From assembly GCA_964617955.1 (NCBI GenBank), contig CAZTXB010000002.1:67457-131456 (forward strand): a stretch of DNA of 64,000 bases, in the 5' to 3' direction. The position numbers were made by a program, and so were the translations under genes. Below the pieces are notes generated by a model, which ran no database searches, was not told the DNA's origin, and worked only from the letters and a program-made list of their open reading frames with translations. The DNA comes from an uncultured Chitinophaga sp. GTDB taxonomy: Bacteria; Bacteroidota; Bacteroidia; NS11-12g; UBA9320. The number at the start of each line of letters is the position of its first letter. The stretch's first letter is position 1. Shown here in pieces: positions 29,503-38,695 of this stretch.

Positions 29503-29841
29503 TTAAGTAATTAATTAGTACGAATTTGTAGCGATTTATCTATGCAATAATAAGCATCTTTTTGCAATATACGGCAGAGGGCCGTGGTTAGTTTACAATA
29601 AGATGTAAATTATATACATTATATTGGACATCGAGCTTTTTCTCATTTTACTATCAAGTTTGTTTATCTGGATTATTTACTGCCCCTCTATGTTGAGTGT
29701 TCAACTTCTAAGCTACCTTCGCCGAAGACTTGAGTTAATTTCATTCTGTCTAAAAGAAATAATTCATTCTATTTAAAGGATTGACATATATCGTAGAGCT
29801 TTTGATGTTAGATTTGCATATCAATTATTGCAATAATAACG

Positions 29842-30024
29842 ATGGAAACCTTATCAAATTTCGAAAAGGGTATTCGATTCTTAGGATTAAGCGTCCCTTT
29901 CATATTAATATTCATGAATTTTAAGCATAAGATTACGACAGTTAAAATTTTGAAAGATAGAATAGAACTAAGTCCTAATCAAATTTATATCCTTCCAGTA
30001 TGTGAAGTTTTTTTGCTAAACTAG
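29842..30024 (+). CDS. Small ORF (60 aa) immediately upstream of the radical SAM gene. Candidate precursor peptide or small hydrophobic protein.
   Basis: Ends 14 nt before the rSAM ATG. A perfect 14-bp palindrome ends 5 nt upstream of its ATG. No family recognised. Confidence 0.2.
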   Translation: METLSNFEKGIRFLGLSVPFILIFMNFKHKITTVKILKDRIELSPNQIYILPVCEVFLLN

Positions 30025-30038
30025 GAGAACTTTAGAAG

Positions 30039-31184
30039 TTGGTTAGTGAAAACAGAATAAAAGGTTTATTAGAATCAAACCCAATGATAAAGACAATTTT
30101 AAAAAAACTACTGCCTTTAAAAATAAAAAAGTATTTAGGTTTTTATTTACATATTTACAATTTGTCGCGGCAATTTAATAAGCCTTTCATTTGGTTATTA
30201 GGGAATCAAGGCTTAAAATTTAAATATTTCAATATCAAGAAGATAAAAATGCCAATGCCATACTATATGCACTTTGAACCAACCACCAGGTGCAATATGT
30301 CATGCATTTATTGTACAAGAGGCACTTTAGGCGAGGATAATTTAAAAACAGATATTTCCATAGAAAGAATTAAAAGCATCGTAAATTCTAATAAAAATTT
30401 ACTTGAAGTAAATATACAGGGATTGGGCGAGCCAATGATGGCAAAAAACTTTGAAGAAGTAGTAAATTTTTTGTTTTCGAAAAATCTGTATTTAACAACA
30501 TATTCTAATGGTACGACATTAAGAAGAAATAAGAATCATAGAAACTTATTGCTGAATTATTTTAATAATGTGACTATATCAATTGATACTTTAAACCAAA
30601 AGCTTGCAGATATTGTTAGACCAGGGGGAAACATTGAAGATATATTAGCCGGCATAAAATTATTAAGTGAGGAAAGGAAAGCAACTGGCAGCAAATTGAA
30701 AATTTCTGCAATGATTGTTCTTACTGAAACAAACTACAAAGATATTGAAGAGACTGTAAAAGTATTGGATGAATCAGGAGTTGACCATTTTGCTTTTAAC
30801 GAATTGGATAATTTAAAAGCGTTTGGAGAAGAAGGATGGTTTGAGTTACACAATAATGCGATTAATTTTAGAAAAAATAGAATGAATGTTCTTGATTCTT
30901 TAGCAAAGATTAAAGTTGCAGAGGGAAAAACTATTTTTAACCCTGATTTAAAATTCTCAGGACCTCTAAAAGGAAATTGTGACTGGGGCTTTTATAGGAT
31001 TTTTATTACTGCAAATGGTTATTTAACGCCTTGCTGCAAAAGAATGGAAGATAATCATAAACTTACATCAAATAAGTTGGATTCTAACTTTAACTCCATT
31101 TGGAATAATGAAGATTTACAACACTTCAGAAAAACTCATTTGATGAACTTAACCAATAAGTTTTGCGACTATTGCCCAAATTAA
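30039..31184 (+). CDS. Radical SAM protein with a C-terminal SPASM/twitch Cys-rich domain
   Basis: CNMSCIYC (CxxxCxxC) about 85 aa from the annotated start. C-terminal GNCDWG...TPCCKRME...CDYCP supplies auxiliary cluster cysteines. An alternative start sits at 30249 (MPMPYYMHFEP). Confidence 0.8.
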   Translation: MVSENRIKGLLESNPMIKTILKKLLPLKIKKYLGFYLHIYNLSRQFNKPFIWLLGNQGLKFKYFNIKKIKMPMPYYMHFEPTTRCNMSCIYCTRGTLGEDNLKTDISIERIKSIVNSNKNLLEVNIQGLGEPMMAKNFEEVVNFLFSKNLYLTTYSNGTTLRRNKNHRNLLLNYFNNVTISIDTLNQKLADIVRPGGNIEDILAGIKLLSEERKATGSKLKISAMIVLTETNYKDIEETVKVLDESGVDHFAFNELDNLKAFGEEGWFELHNNAINFRKNRMNVLDSLAKIKVAEGKTIFNPDLKFSGPLKGNCDWGFYRIFITANGYLTPCCKRMEDNHKLTSNKLDSNFNSIWNNEDLQHFRKTHLMNLTNKFCDYCPN

Positions 31185-31208
31185 TGGATCTCCAGGTTAA
31201 AAAAATAT

Positions 31209-31238
31209 TAAAAAAAAAGAGCCCTAAGGCTCTTTTAA
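31209..31238. terminator. Bidirectional hairpin terminator between convergent genes
   Basis: Stem AAAGAGCC/GGCTCTTT with loop CTAA, preceded by an A-run and followed by TTT. Confidence 0.5.
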
Positions 31239-31258
31239 CAATAAACATGAAATAAGAA

Positions 31259-33034
31259 TTAGTAAACCACAAGTTTTACGTTTTTGGCTGATAATCCGTC
31301 GCTTACACGGATTATATATAAGCCTTTGTTCAAATTTTCAAGGGCTACAATGGTCTTTCCTGAAGTATAGGTGTTTTGAAGGCTTTGTAATATTTTTCCT
31401 TCTAAAGTAAGTACCGTAATATTCAAATGGGCAAAGTTTGCTAAATTGAGTTCGACATTGGCATCTCCATGACTGGGATTCGGATACACCGTAATGGATC
31501 CATTGATAAATTGATTATTTATGGAACCAACCGACAAATTGGCCAATCGGCAGTTGCTAAAATTAGCACCGTTTAATGCAGGTGAACCCGATACAGGTAA
31601 AAAGTTAGGATTGGTGTAGTGGTTGGGGTCGGTAAGCAGGGTGCCATTCGACCAGGCTACCGGGTTTATGCGGTTGTTTCCGGCCTTAATCCACTTGTGA
31701 ATCAAGCTGGTATCCCTTCCGGTTGCCACTTCGATGCTGCCATTGGCTGCAAGACTCGTTGGAGCTGTCATACCCAACATGATATTGTTAGAAAATTCAA
31801 TGGTGTCGCAATCTGATGTAAGGTTTGAGGCGTTGGCTAAAGCCTCACAAGCTGCCCCATCAATCATTAAACCATTGCGGTAGCCCATAAATATGCTGTT
31901 AAAAATTGACTGTCCACTGTTTCTGCGAATTCTGGCTCCTCTTCTAAAGGCGGCCTTCACGGTTGACGAATGCTTCGAATAGGCTTCGCCAACAGCATAG
32001 GGGCCTATCATGGTATAGTTGCTGAAAATGGCGCTGGTTTTTGGTTTCATCCCTGACCCTGTTGCGTCATTATCGCTCTCAAAGCCCTCTGAGGTGCTGC
32101 TTCCGCTCTGTGCCCCAAAGGTTGGATCAAATAAAGTGGAGTCTTTAAAACCAATGCCAAACTGATTCATTCCACTGTATCCGAAATCGGTATCAAAATC
32201 GTCGTCGGTGCCTTTAAAGGCAATTAGATATTTAGAATTTACTGTTCCGCCAAACCATTCATAAGAATCATCGTTTGAATACGAAACTTGAAGATGACTA
32301 AGCATGGTGTTGTATCCAACGCTTCCAAAGGTTAATCCGTTTATTTCATTGTTAGGTGAAAATACCAAACCGGGAAATTCAATACGTGTGAACACGATAC
32401 TTCCTGAATTGTCGGCATCGTCGTTTCCGCCGTGAATGCCTTCATTTCCAAATGGACCTTCAACGATGGATTCACCTTTTAAGCAGGTTTGGCAATTCGA
32501 TTGAGCCCCAGGGGAGTTGTTACGGGCTTTGCCCAAAAGTATGATACCACCCCAATCGCCCGGTTTCCTGGATCCTTTGGCCTTGTTGGAAGTGAATACG
32601 ACCGGTTTGGCTTTGGTGCCGCGGGCAATGATTTTTCCGCCTCTTTGAACGATAATACTCGCCCAATTGGCCGGGGTGGCACTCGAATTGCCTTCAGCAC
32701 GTATAATGGTTCCGGCCGGTATAATGAGCGATGCTCCGTTTTTAACATAAATAAGGCCTGTTAACAGATAAACCTTGGTAGAATCAAGGGTTAAATTCTG
32801 GTTTATGTTTATAGCTCCTGAATTGGCAGCTCCGTTTAATGTTGTTAACTCGTTTGCCGATGGATAATCGGTTTGTTGAGGATCGAAATTAGACCAGGTA
32901 CTCGTCCAGTCATTGGTTCCCATGGCCCCGACATAATCGACTTTTAAAAACTTGAATGGATTTTGAGCATTGACAAGTCCAAGACTCAATAAACCCATCA
33001 TTAGGGCTAATTTTAATGTAGTAATTTTTTTCAT
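31259..33034 (-). CDS. Secreted protein with a T9SS type-A C-terminal sorting domain (possible beta-helix fold)
   Basis: 591 aa with a signal peptide. The C-terminus ITVYPNPSHGDANVELN...GLYIIRVSDGLSAKNVKLVVY is the canonical CTD. Confidence 0.65.
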   Translation of the reverse strand: MKKITTLKLALMMGLLSLGLVNAQNPFKFLKVDYVGAMGTNDWTSTWSNFDPQQTDYPSANELTTLNGAANSGAININQNLTLDSTKVYLLTGLIYVKNGASLIIPAGTIIRAEGNSSATPANWASIIVQRGGKIIARGTKAKPVVFTSNKAKGSRKPGDWGGIILLGKARNNSPGAQSNCQTCLKGESIVEGPFGNEGIHGGNDDADNSGSIVFTRIEFPGLVFSPNNEINGLTFGSVGYNTMLSHLQVSYSNDDSYEWFGGTVNSKYLIAFKGTDDDFDTDFGYSGMNQFGIGFKDSTLFDPTFGAQSGSSTSEGFESDNDATGSGMKPKTSAIFSNYTMIGPYAVGEAYSKHSSTVKAAFRRGARIRRNSGQSIFNSIFMGYRNGLMIDGAACEALANASNLTSDCDTIEFSNNIMLGMTAPTSLAANGSIEVATGRDTSLIHKWIKAGNNRINPVAWSNGTLLTDPNHYTNPNFLPVSGSPALNGANFSNCRLANLSVGSINNQFINGSITVYPNPSHGDANVELNLANFAHLNITVLTLEGKILQSLQNTYTSGKTIVALENLNKGLYIIRVSDGLSAKNVKLVVY

Positions 33035-33054
33035 TTTGTGATTTTATTATATTT

Positions 33055-33087
33055 TACTGCAAAAAAACAAAGGCCGTTTTAAGGCCT
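33055..33087 (-). terminator. Candidate terminator downstream of the TonB-dependent receptor gene
   Basis: Stem AGGCC/GGCCT with a 7-nt loop, with a T-run on the minus strand. Confidence 0.35.
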
Positions 33088-33294
33088 CGTTATGCGCGTG
33101 TTAACGAATTATGATGATTTGTAAACCTATGTTAACTTTTACTTAAGATACACAGAAACGAACCTGCTGTCAATCATAACATAAGATCATAAATGGTTTG
33201 CAGGATAGATGGGATGATGGGCCAGCTTCTTGCAAAAATTTACAGGATTTCACCTCACGATCTTCAAGCAAGTCATGAATAAGACCCGATGACT

Positions 33295-36102
33295 CTATTT
33301 AAACTTGTAAGCTATAGCAGCGGTTACGGTTTGGCCCATGTTATAATTGTAAATGGTATTGTCCTCAAGCGAATCGTATTTTTTATTCTGATTGTTGTCC
33401 TGATAAAATACAAGACTCTGAGCCATCAAGTCGCCAACCGTTAATTTATAATCCCATTTCGAAGTGGATTTACTCAGTTGAACATCGATGACTGTTCTTG
33501 GATTCTCATAAATATCGAGACCAAATTTTGCAAGCATGGGCGCACCCACAAAGGCAATTCTTCTTCCTATTTTATTGTAATTCAAAGTGGCTCCCCATCC
33601 CGATTTAAGATCTTGATACTGAAGGCCCATATTTAAAACATAAGGCGATTGCCCCTGCAAGGGCCGCTTTGAATCGGCTGCGGATAAATCCTTGAACTGA
33701 ATTTTCGATTGGGTTAGGGACAAATTGGCGAAAAATAAAAGCTTTTCAAGGCCCTTAATATGAAGGGCTTTTCCTAGAAAATCGAAGGATTTGCGGTAAT
33801 CCAATTCCAAACCAAGGTTATGAGCACTTTTTTGATTGGTATAACCATAGGTGCGTATAGCAACCTGCGTTACATCAATGTTCATTTCTATGGGGTTCAT
33901 AATCTTTTTGTAATAGGCCCCGACGGATATCACCTCATTACCTGAGGGGAAAAGTTCCCACCGTACGTCGTAATTGTAAATGCTTGCCGGTTGCAGCTTA
34001 GTGTAACCAGCTATATTGGAGTTTAAATTAAAATTAAAAAACGGGAAGGCTGCTAACTCCCTGAATTCCGGTCTGTTAACAGTCTTGCCTGAGGAGAATC
34101 TCACATTGGATTTAGGGTTAATGCTCCAGGTGAAATTTAAGGATGGCAGATAATTCTGGTAAGTTGAATCAATTTTCAAGGGGAGGTTGGTGCCGTCAGC
34201 GGTGTGAATGGTTTGATGATAATTTTCGTATCGCACGCCATACACAATTCTAAATTTCGTAAATAACCTGCTGTCCATCATCAGGTAGGCAGCGTTTAGC
34301 TTGGCATTGGCATCGTAATTGTCACGTGCCGGGGAGCTCTGTTCAACCATGTATACCCCTTTCTCACTGATATTGGATATGCCCAGATTTTCTTCAGGGT
34401 TACCGGTGATGCCCCAAGGGCCATAATAGGTGAAATACCTGGACGTGAAATCGCGCTTTCGCAATTGGGTAAAAAGTCCTGATTTCAATTCGTTTTTCGT
34501 GAACTTGAATCTGAAAGGCATAGAATAACTGATGGCACCGCTGTAAATGGATTCCTGCATGTTGGAATAAAAACGGCCTGAAGATGATGAAAATTGGTTG
34601 TTATTCACTGACAGCATGTATTCCTCGCTGTGTTCTCCCTCACCGGAATACGAAACAATGCGGTAGTCGGGCATGGCTCTTTGAATATTTCCTGCGTTAA
34701 GCACCCAATTTAACTTGAGGTTAGTTTTGGTTAACAAATGCTCACCACTAATTTGGGAAGTCAATATTCGGTTTTGACTGTAAATGTTGCTGTAGGATTC
34801 TGAATAATACTGGTTCTCGCCGCTGCTCAATCCACTGCGCAACGTGGTGATGTCTTCCGAATTGAGGTTGTACAGGTTTTTAAAGGCGAGCGTATGTCTT
34901 TTGTCAATCTTATAAGCCAGATTCAACAAGGCCCCAATACTTACGTTATTTGTATATTGATTGTCGGTAAAATTTTGGTCGAGGTTGTTGTCGTCGTATC
35001 TGAACTTTTTTTGTTGAACACGGCTAATACGGTTGTTATTAGAATACGTAAACGAGGCCAGGGCTCCAAACTCATTGCTGCGGTGTTTAAAACTCTTACC
35101 CACTGAATAGGAAAGGTTACCCGAGGGCAAGGCCTGTCGATCGTAAATGCGCCAGTCGTTGTTAAATTTTTTTGTAAAATCCACATATTCAGTTTTTGAA
35201 AGCCCCTCACGGTAGTTCTTCGATTCAGGTAATTTACGTGTGCCGTTATCAAATCCCAGAACGTCTGTTTTAGAGTTTCGAAAATGATAAAAGGGTTGAA
35301 AAGTTGTCAATGAATGTGTTCCTATCGATAAATCCAATTGTGACGATTTTGACTCAGGAATACTTTTAGTATTGACCATAATCACCCCGCCGGCAAAATC
35401 GCCGAGCATATCCGGTGAAGGCGACTTGTACACCATTAAATTATCGATCAGGTTTGAAGGAATAATATTAAAGGCAAATGCCTTTCGGTCGCTTTCGGTA
35501 CTTGGGAGGGGAGCACCATTTAAGTAGGCAGCGTTGTAACGGTCGTTCATTCCTCTAATAATGGCAAACTTGTTATCCTGAATACTTGTGCCGGATACGC
35601 GCTTTAGTACATCTGAAACATTTCTATCGGGGGTCTTTTTAAACTGCTCGCTCGATAGGCCATCACTTAGGCTCACCCCATTTCTTCTCTCAACATATAT
35701 TGCCGCAATGGAATTTTTTTTAACTTCTGCTCTTACCACTGCCTCATTCAGCTCTTTGCCGTTGGATGATTCTTCTTCCAGTTCAATATTTTTAACTATC
35801 TCCTGGTCTCTTTCTATGCTCATGCCCGGAAAGGACAAATCTTTGTAGAGGATGTATTTTACGGAAACTTCATAGGTTCCGGGTTCGAGCCTCAGCTCGT
35901 AAACACCGTTCTCGTCAGTTGAACACCCTAAGGAGGTGCCTTTAATGTATACCGAAACCCCAATTAATGCTTCCCCGGTGGCCTTGTCTACCACCTTCCC
36001 TCTAATCTTACTTTGGGCCTGTGCACTTTGCTGATAGATACAGCCAAAGAATAATAGAAATTTAAAAAGTAGTACCTGAAGTGTTTTGCAGTTCTGTTTC
36101 AT
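33295..36102 (-). CDS. TonB-dependent outer membrane receptor with an N-terminal carboxypeptidase-regulatory-like domain
   Basis: 935 aa with a signal peptide. The KIRGKVVDKATGEALIGVSVYIKGTS...DENGVYEL CarbopepD_reg-like domain is followed by plug-like and barrel regions. Confidence 0.7.
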   Translation of the reverse strand: MKQNCKTLQVLLFKFLLFFGCIYQQSAQAQSKIRGKVVDKATGEALIGVSVYIKGTSLGCSTDENGVYELRLEPGTYEVSVKYILYKDLSFPGMSIERDQEIVKNIELEEESSNGKELNEAVVRAEVKKNSIAAIYVERRNGVSLSDGLSSEQFKKTPDRNVSDVLKRVSGTSIQDNKFAIIRGMNDRYNAAYLNGAPLPSTESDRKAFAFNIIPSNLIDNLMVYKSPSPDMLGDFAGGVIMVNTKSIPESKSSQLDLSIGTHSLTTFQPFYHFRNSKTDVLGFDNGTRKLPESKNYREGLSKTEYVDFTKKFNNDWRIYDRQALPSGNLSYSVGKSFKHRSNEFGALASFTYSNNNRISRVQQKKFRYDDNNLDQNFTDNQYTNNVSIGALLNLAYKIDKRHTLAFKNLYNLNSEDITTLRSGLSSGENQYYSESYSNIYSQNRILTSQISGEHLLTKTNLKLNWVLNAGNIQRAMPDYRIVSYSGEGEHSEEYMLSVNNNQFSSSSGRFYSNMQESIYSGAISYSMPFRFKFTKNELKSGLFTQLRKRDFTSRYFTYYGPWGITGNPEENLGISNISEKGVYMVEQSSPARDNYDANAKLNAAYLMMDSRLFTKFRIVYGVRYENYHQTIHTADGTNLPLKIDSTYQNYLPSLNFTWSINPKSNVRFSSGKTVNRPEFRELAAFPFFNFNLNSNIAGYTKLQPASIYNYDVRWELFPSGNEVISVGAYYKKIMNPIEMNIDVTQVAIRTYGYTNQKSAHNLGLELDYRKSFDFLGKALHIKGLEKLLFFANLSLTQSKIQFKDLSAADSKRPLQGQSPYVLNMGLQYQDLKSGWGATLNYNKIGRRIAFVGAPMLAKFGLDIYENPRTVIDVQLSKSTSKWDYKLTVGDLMAQSLVFYQDNNQNKKYDSLEDNTIYNYNMGQTVTAAIAYKFK

Positions 36103-36180
36103 GTTGCTGCAAAGTTGAGCCAGCCATATTATACAGATATGGCTTCAAGGTTAAGTTTATGTTAAGCGATGTGAAAGGGT

Positions 36181-36855
36181 TCAGACCTGAAATTTATACC
36201 CGACCCCTTTAATGGTGGTAATAAATTTTTCTCCAATCTTCTCCCTTATTTTTCGAATATGGACATCAATGGTTCTTTCCACAACAAAAACATCATCGCC
36301 CCAGACTTCTGAGAGGATGCGTTCCCGGGTAAAAATCTTTCCGGGTTTGGAGGCCAAAAGAAAAAGCAAATCAAATTCCTTTTTAGGTAAGGATTTGTTT
36401 TCCTTTCCGTTTGCAATAGAATAAGAAGATCGGTCGATGGTTAATTCTCCGACAGTAATTTTCGAAGCGTCGTAATCAGGGTTAGCTCCACGTTTTAAGA
36501 TGGCCTTTATTCGGCTCAATAATATTCTTGGCTTTACTGGTTTATGGATATAATCGTCGGCACCGGCCTCAAAACCCGCTATTTCTGAGTATTCCTCTGC
36601 TCTGGCCGTTAGAAAGAGTATAAAAATATTTTTTGATTCAGGATTCAATCTTATTTGCCTACACGCTTCGATGCCATCCATTTTTGGCATCATAACGTCC
36701 ATGAGGATGATATCGGGTTTAAATTCCTTCGATTTTTTTAAGGCCTCTTGTCCATCCGATGCTGTTGCAACTAAATATTCTTCCTTTTCGAGAAGATATT
36801 TGATGAATTCAAGAATATCTCTCTCGTCGTCTACGACCAATATTTTTGGAGACAT
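36181..36855 (-). CDS. OmpR-family response regulator (REC plus winged-helix)
   Basis: ILVVDDERDI, the DIILMDVMMPKMDG Asp pocket, and a C-terminal wHTH (FITTIKGVGYKF). No cognate kinase adjacent. Confidence 0.85.
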   Translation of the reverse strand: MSPKILVVDDERDILEFIKYLLEKEEYLVATASDGQEALKKSKEFKPDIILMDVMMPKMDGIEACRQIRLNPESKNIFILFLTARAEEYSEIAGFEAGADDYIHKPVKPRILLSRIKAILKRGANPDYDASKITVGELTIDRSSYSIANGKENKSLPKKEFDLLFLLASKPGKIFTRERILSEVWGDDVFVVERTIDVHIRKIREKIGEKFITTIKGVGYKFQV

Positions 36856-37144
36856 ACATCATAAAATTTCATTGTACAAAACTGAACTTCAAATATTATG
36901 AGAAAGTTATGTTGGGGTTAATTCTAGATTATGAATGCGATCGATGACTGGGAAAGGCTTAGGAGTAAAAGCATCAGGTTTCAAGACTTCATATCGAAAA
37001 CTTAATTAGAAAAGCATCGCTAAAAATATGCCTTAAATATATTAGCCTCTCCTTAGGTCAAGCATTGCACAAAAAAATATTATTCACTTTCATTTTTTAT
37101 CCATCCCGGAAAAGCATAAATTTGCACCTCTTTAGAAAAAAATT

Positions 37145-37264
37145 ATGGGAAAAGGCGATAAAAAATCAGCAAAGGGCAAACGTATCATGGGATCTTATGG
37201 CAATACAAGGCCAAGGGTATCCAACTTGCCTAAAAAAACTGAGCCAAAGTCCAAGGCAAAGTAG
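37145..37264 (+). CDS. Candidate 30S ribosomal protein bTHX (39 aa)
   Basis: MGKGDKKSAKGKRIMGSYGNTRPRVSNLPKKTEPKSKAK resembles the Thx pattern GKGD-[KR]x-GK...G[ST]YG..RP. It is below the ORF-track threshold and in a different frame from the listed 110-aa ORF. Confidence 0.55.
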   Translation: MGKGDKKSAKGKRIMGSYGNTRPRVSNLPKKTEPKSKAK

Positions 37265-37287
37265 TTTTGTGAGCCTGGGCAAAGCGC

Positions 37288-37905
37288 CTAGCTTGTCTCA
37301 TGCGAGGGATACTCGTGTTTCCCGGCATCCCAACCTGTTGGTGAAAGATGTTTTTCGGCCGATTGTTTGGCTCCCTCTTCTATTTCAGTGCCCATAGAAT
37401 CGTTCCAGCGGTTGAGAAATCCAAAAAGAGCCACTACTCCCAGAATCTCCACAATTTCTCCTTCGTTCCAAAATGAACGCATTCTGGAAGCTATTTCGTC
37501 GTCTACTGCATTTGGTATGCAAGAGGCCTTCCAGCTAAATTCAAGTGCCGCTTTTTCAGCATCGCTAAAGGCTTCACTGCTTGCAAAATCCCAAATATTT
37601 TCCATTTGTAAATCGCTTGCGCCATATCTCTCTGCAGCTCTAATGGTATGCGCCTGGCAATACCTGCAACCTGCCACATTGCTGCTCACATAACCAATAA
37701 GGCGCTTTAAAGCCGAAGTGACGCGCCCTTTGTTTCCCATTACTGCCTTATTTAACTCAATAAATGCATAGGAGAGGGCAGGGCGGTGGTACATGGTCTT
37801 TACACTATTAGGGCAAAAACCGAGAGTTTCGTTATAAAATTCTACCAGACTTTGCAGTTCCGGGTCATTTTTTGAATCGGCGGGAATTACCAAAGGGGTT
37901 TTCAA
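37288..37905 (-). CDS. Carboxymuconolactone decarboxylase family protein (AhpD-like peroxidase-related)
   Basis: AGCRYCQAHT CxxxH motif typical of the AhpD/CMD fold. Confidence 0.65.
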   Translation of the reverse strand: MKTPLVIPADSKNDPELQSLVEFYNETLGFCPNSVKTMYHRPALSYAFIELNKAVMGNKGRVTSALKRLIGYVSSNVAGCRYCQAHTIRAAERYGASDLQMENIWDFASSEAFSDAEKAALEFSWKASCIPNAVDDEIASRMRSFWNEGEIVEILGVVALFGFLNRWNDSMGTEIEEGAKQSAEKHLSPTGWDAGKHEYPSHETS

Positions 37906-37959
37906 ATTGCTTTTGGGGTTAGATGGATAAGAAGGGGGTTGACTATTAAAATTTTTCTT

Positions 37960-38589
37960 TTAGGGTTGTAATCTCTGCCTTTGCCAAGTTTCTGCAAGGT
38001 GGGTGTATAAAATGCGGTCATGAAGACGGTTAGCGCGGCCCTGCCAAAATTCAACTGCTGTTGGAATGACTTCGTATCCTCCCCAATGGGGTGGCCTTGA
38101 AATTTTTTGGTTCATGCTGAAGGCAGCGAGTTTGTCTTCTAAGCTCTTCCTGTTCTCAATGGGCTCACTTTGGGCACTTATCCAGGCCCCAATTTTACTT
38201 CCTTCAGGTCGGCTGTTAAAATAATCGTCCGACTCTCGTTCACTTATTTTGGCAACTACGCCTTCAATGCGGATTTGTTTTTCCATCTCAAGCCATAGAA
38301 AATTTAAGCAAATGTGTGGGTTTAATTCCATATTTCTGGCCTTCTGACTGAGGTAATTGGTAAAAAAAACCAGGCGATGATCCGAATATTCCTTGAGGAG
38401 CACGACTCGGGAATGGGGTTTGTTTTCCTCATCCACTGTCGATAAAACCATGGCATTGGGTTCCATAACCTTTAAATCCAGAGCCAGGCGAAACCAGGCG
38501 TCGAAAAGATGCATGGGATGATCTGGAACATCCTTTTCCAGCAATTCACCCTTGCCGTAATTTTCTCTCAAATTTTGTATGGAAAGCAT
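37960..38589 (-). CDS. pdxH: Pyridoxamine 5'-phosphate oxidase
   Basis: 209 aa. N-terminal NLRENYGKGEL and C-terminal RLHDRILYTH..WQRQRLQP are characteristic. Confidence 0.8.
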   Translation of the reverse strand: MLSIQNLRENYGKGELLEKDVPDHPMHLFDAWFRLALDLKVMEPNAMVLSTVDEENKPHSRVVLLKEYSDHRLVFFTNYLSQKARNMELNPHICLNFLWLEMEKQIRIEGVVAKISERESDDYFNSRPEGSKIGAWISAQSEPIENRKSLEDKLAAFSMNQKISRPPHWGGYEVIPTAVEFWQGRANRLHDRILYTHLAETWQRQRLQP

Positions 38590-38695
38590 AAACTTATTGA
38601 CTCAGGCAAATTTAGGTATCCCCATGCTATCTAAAAAATTAAAAGAGCAAAAGGCTGGGTCAGGACCATTAAAGCTGCGTTTGGTATATTATTCT

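Noticed and set aside
37065-37397. 110-aa plus-strand ORF from the track
   Set aside because: It is in a different frame from the Thx-like gene, overlaps the antisense AhpD-like CDS, and has no domain features. It is most likely a chance ORF.
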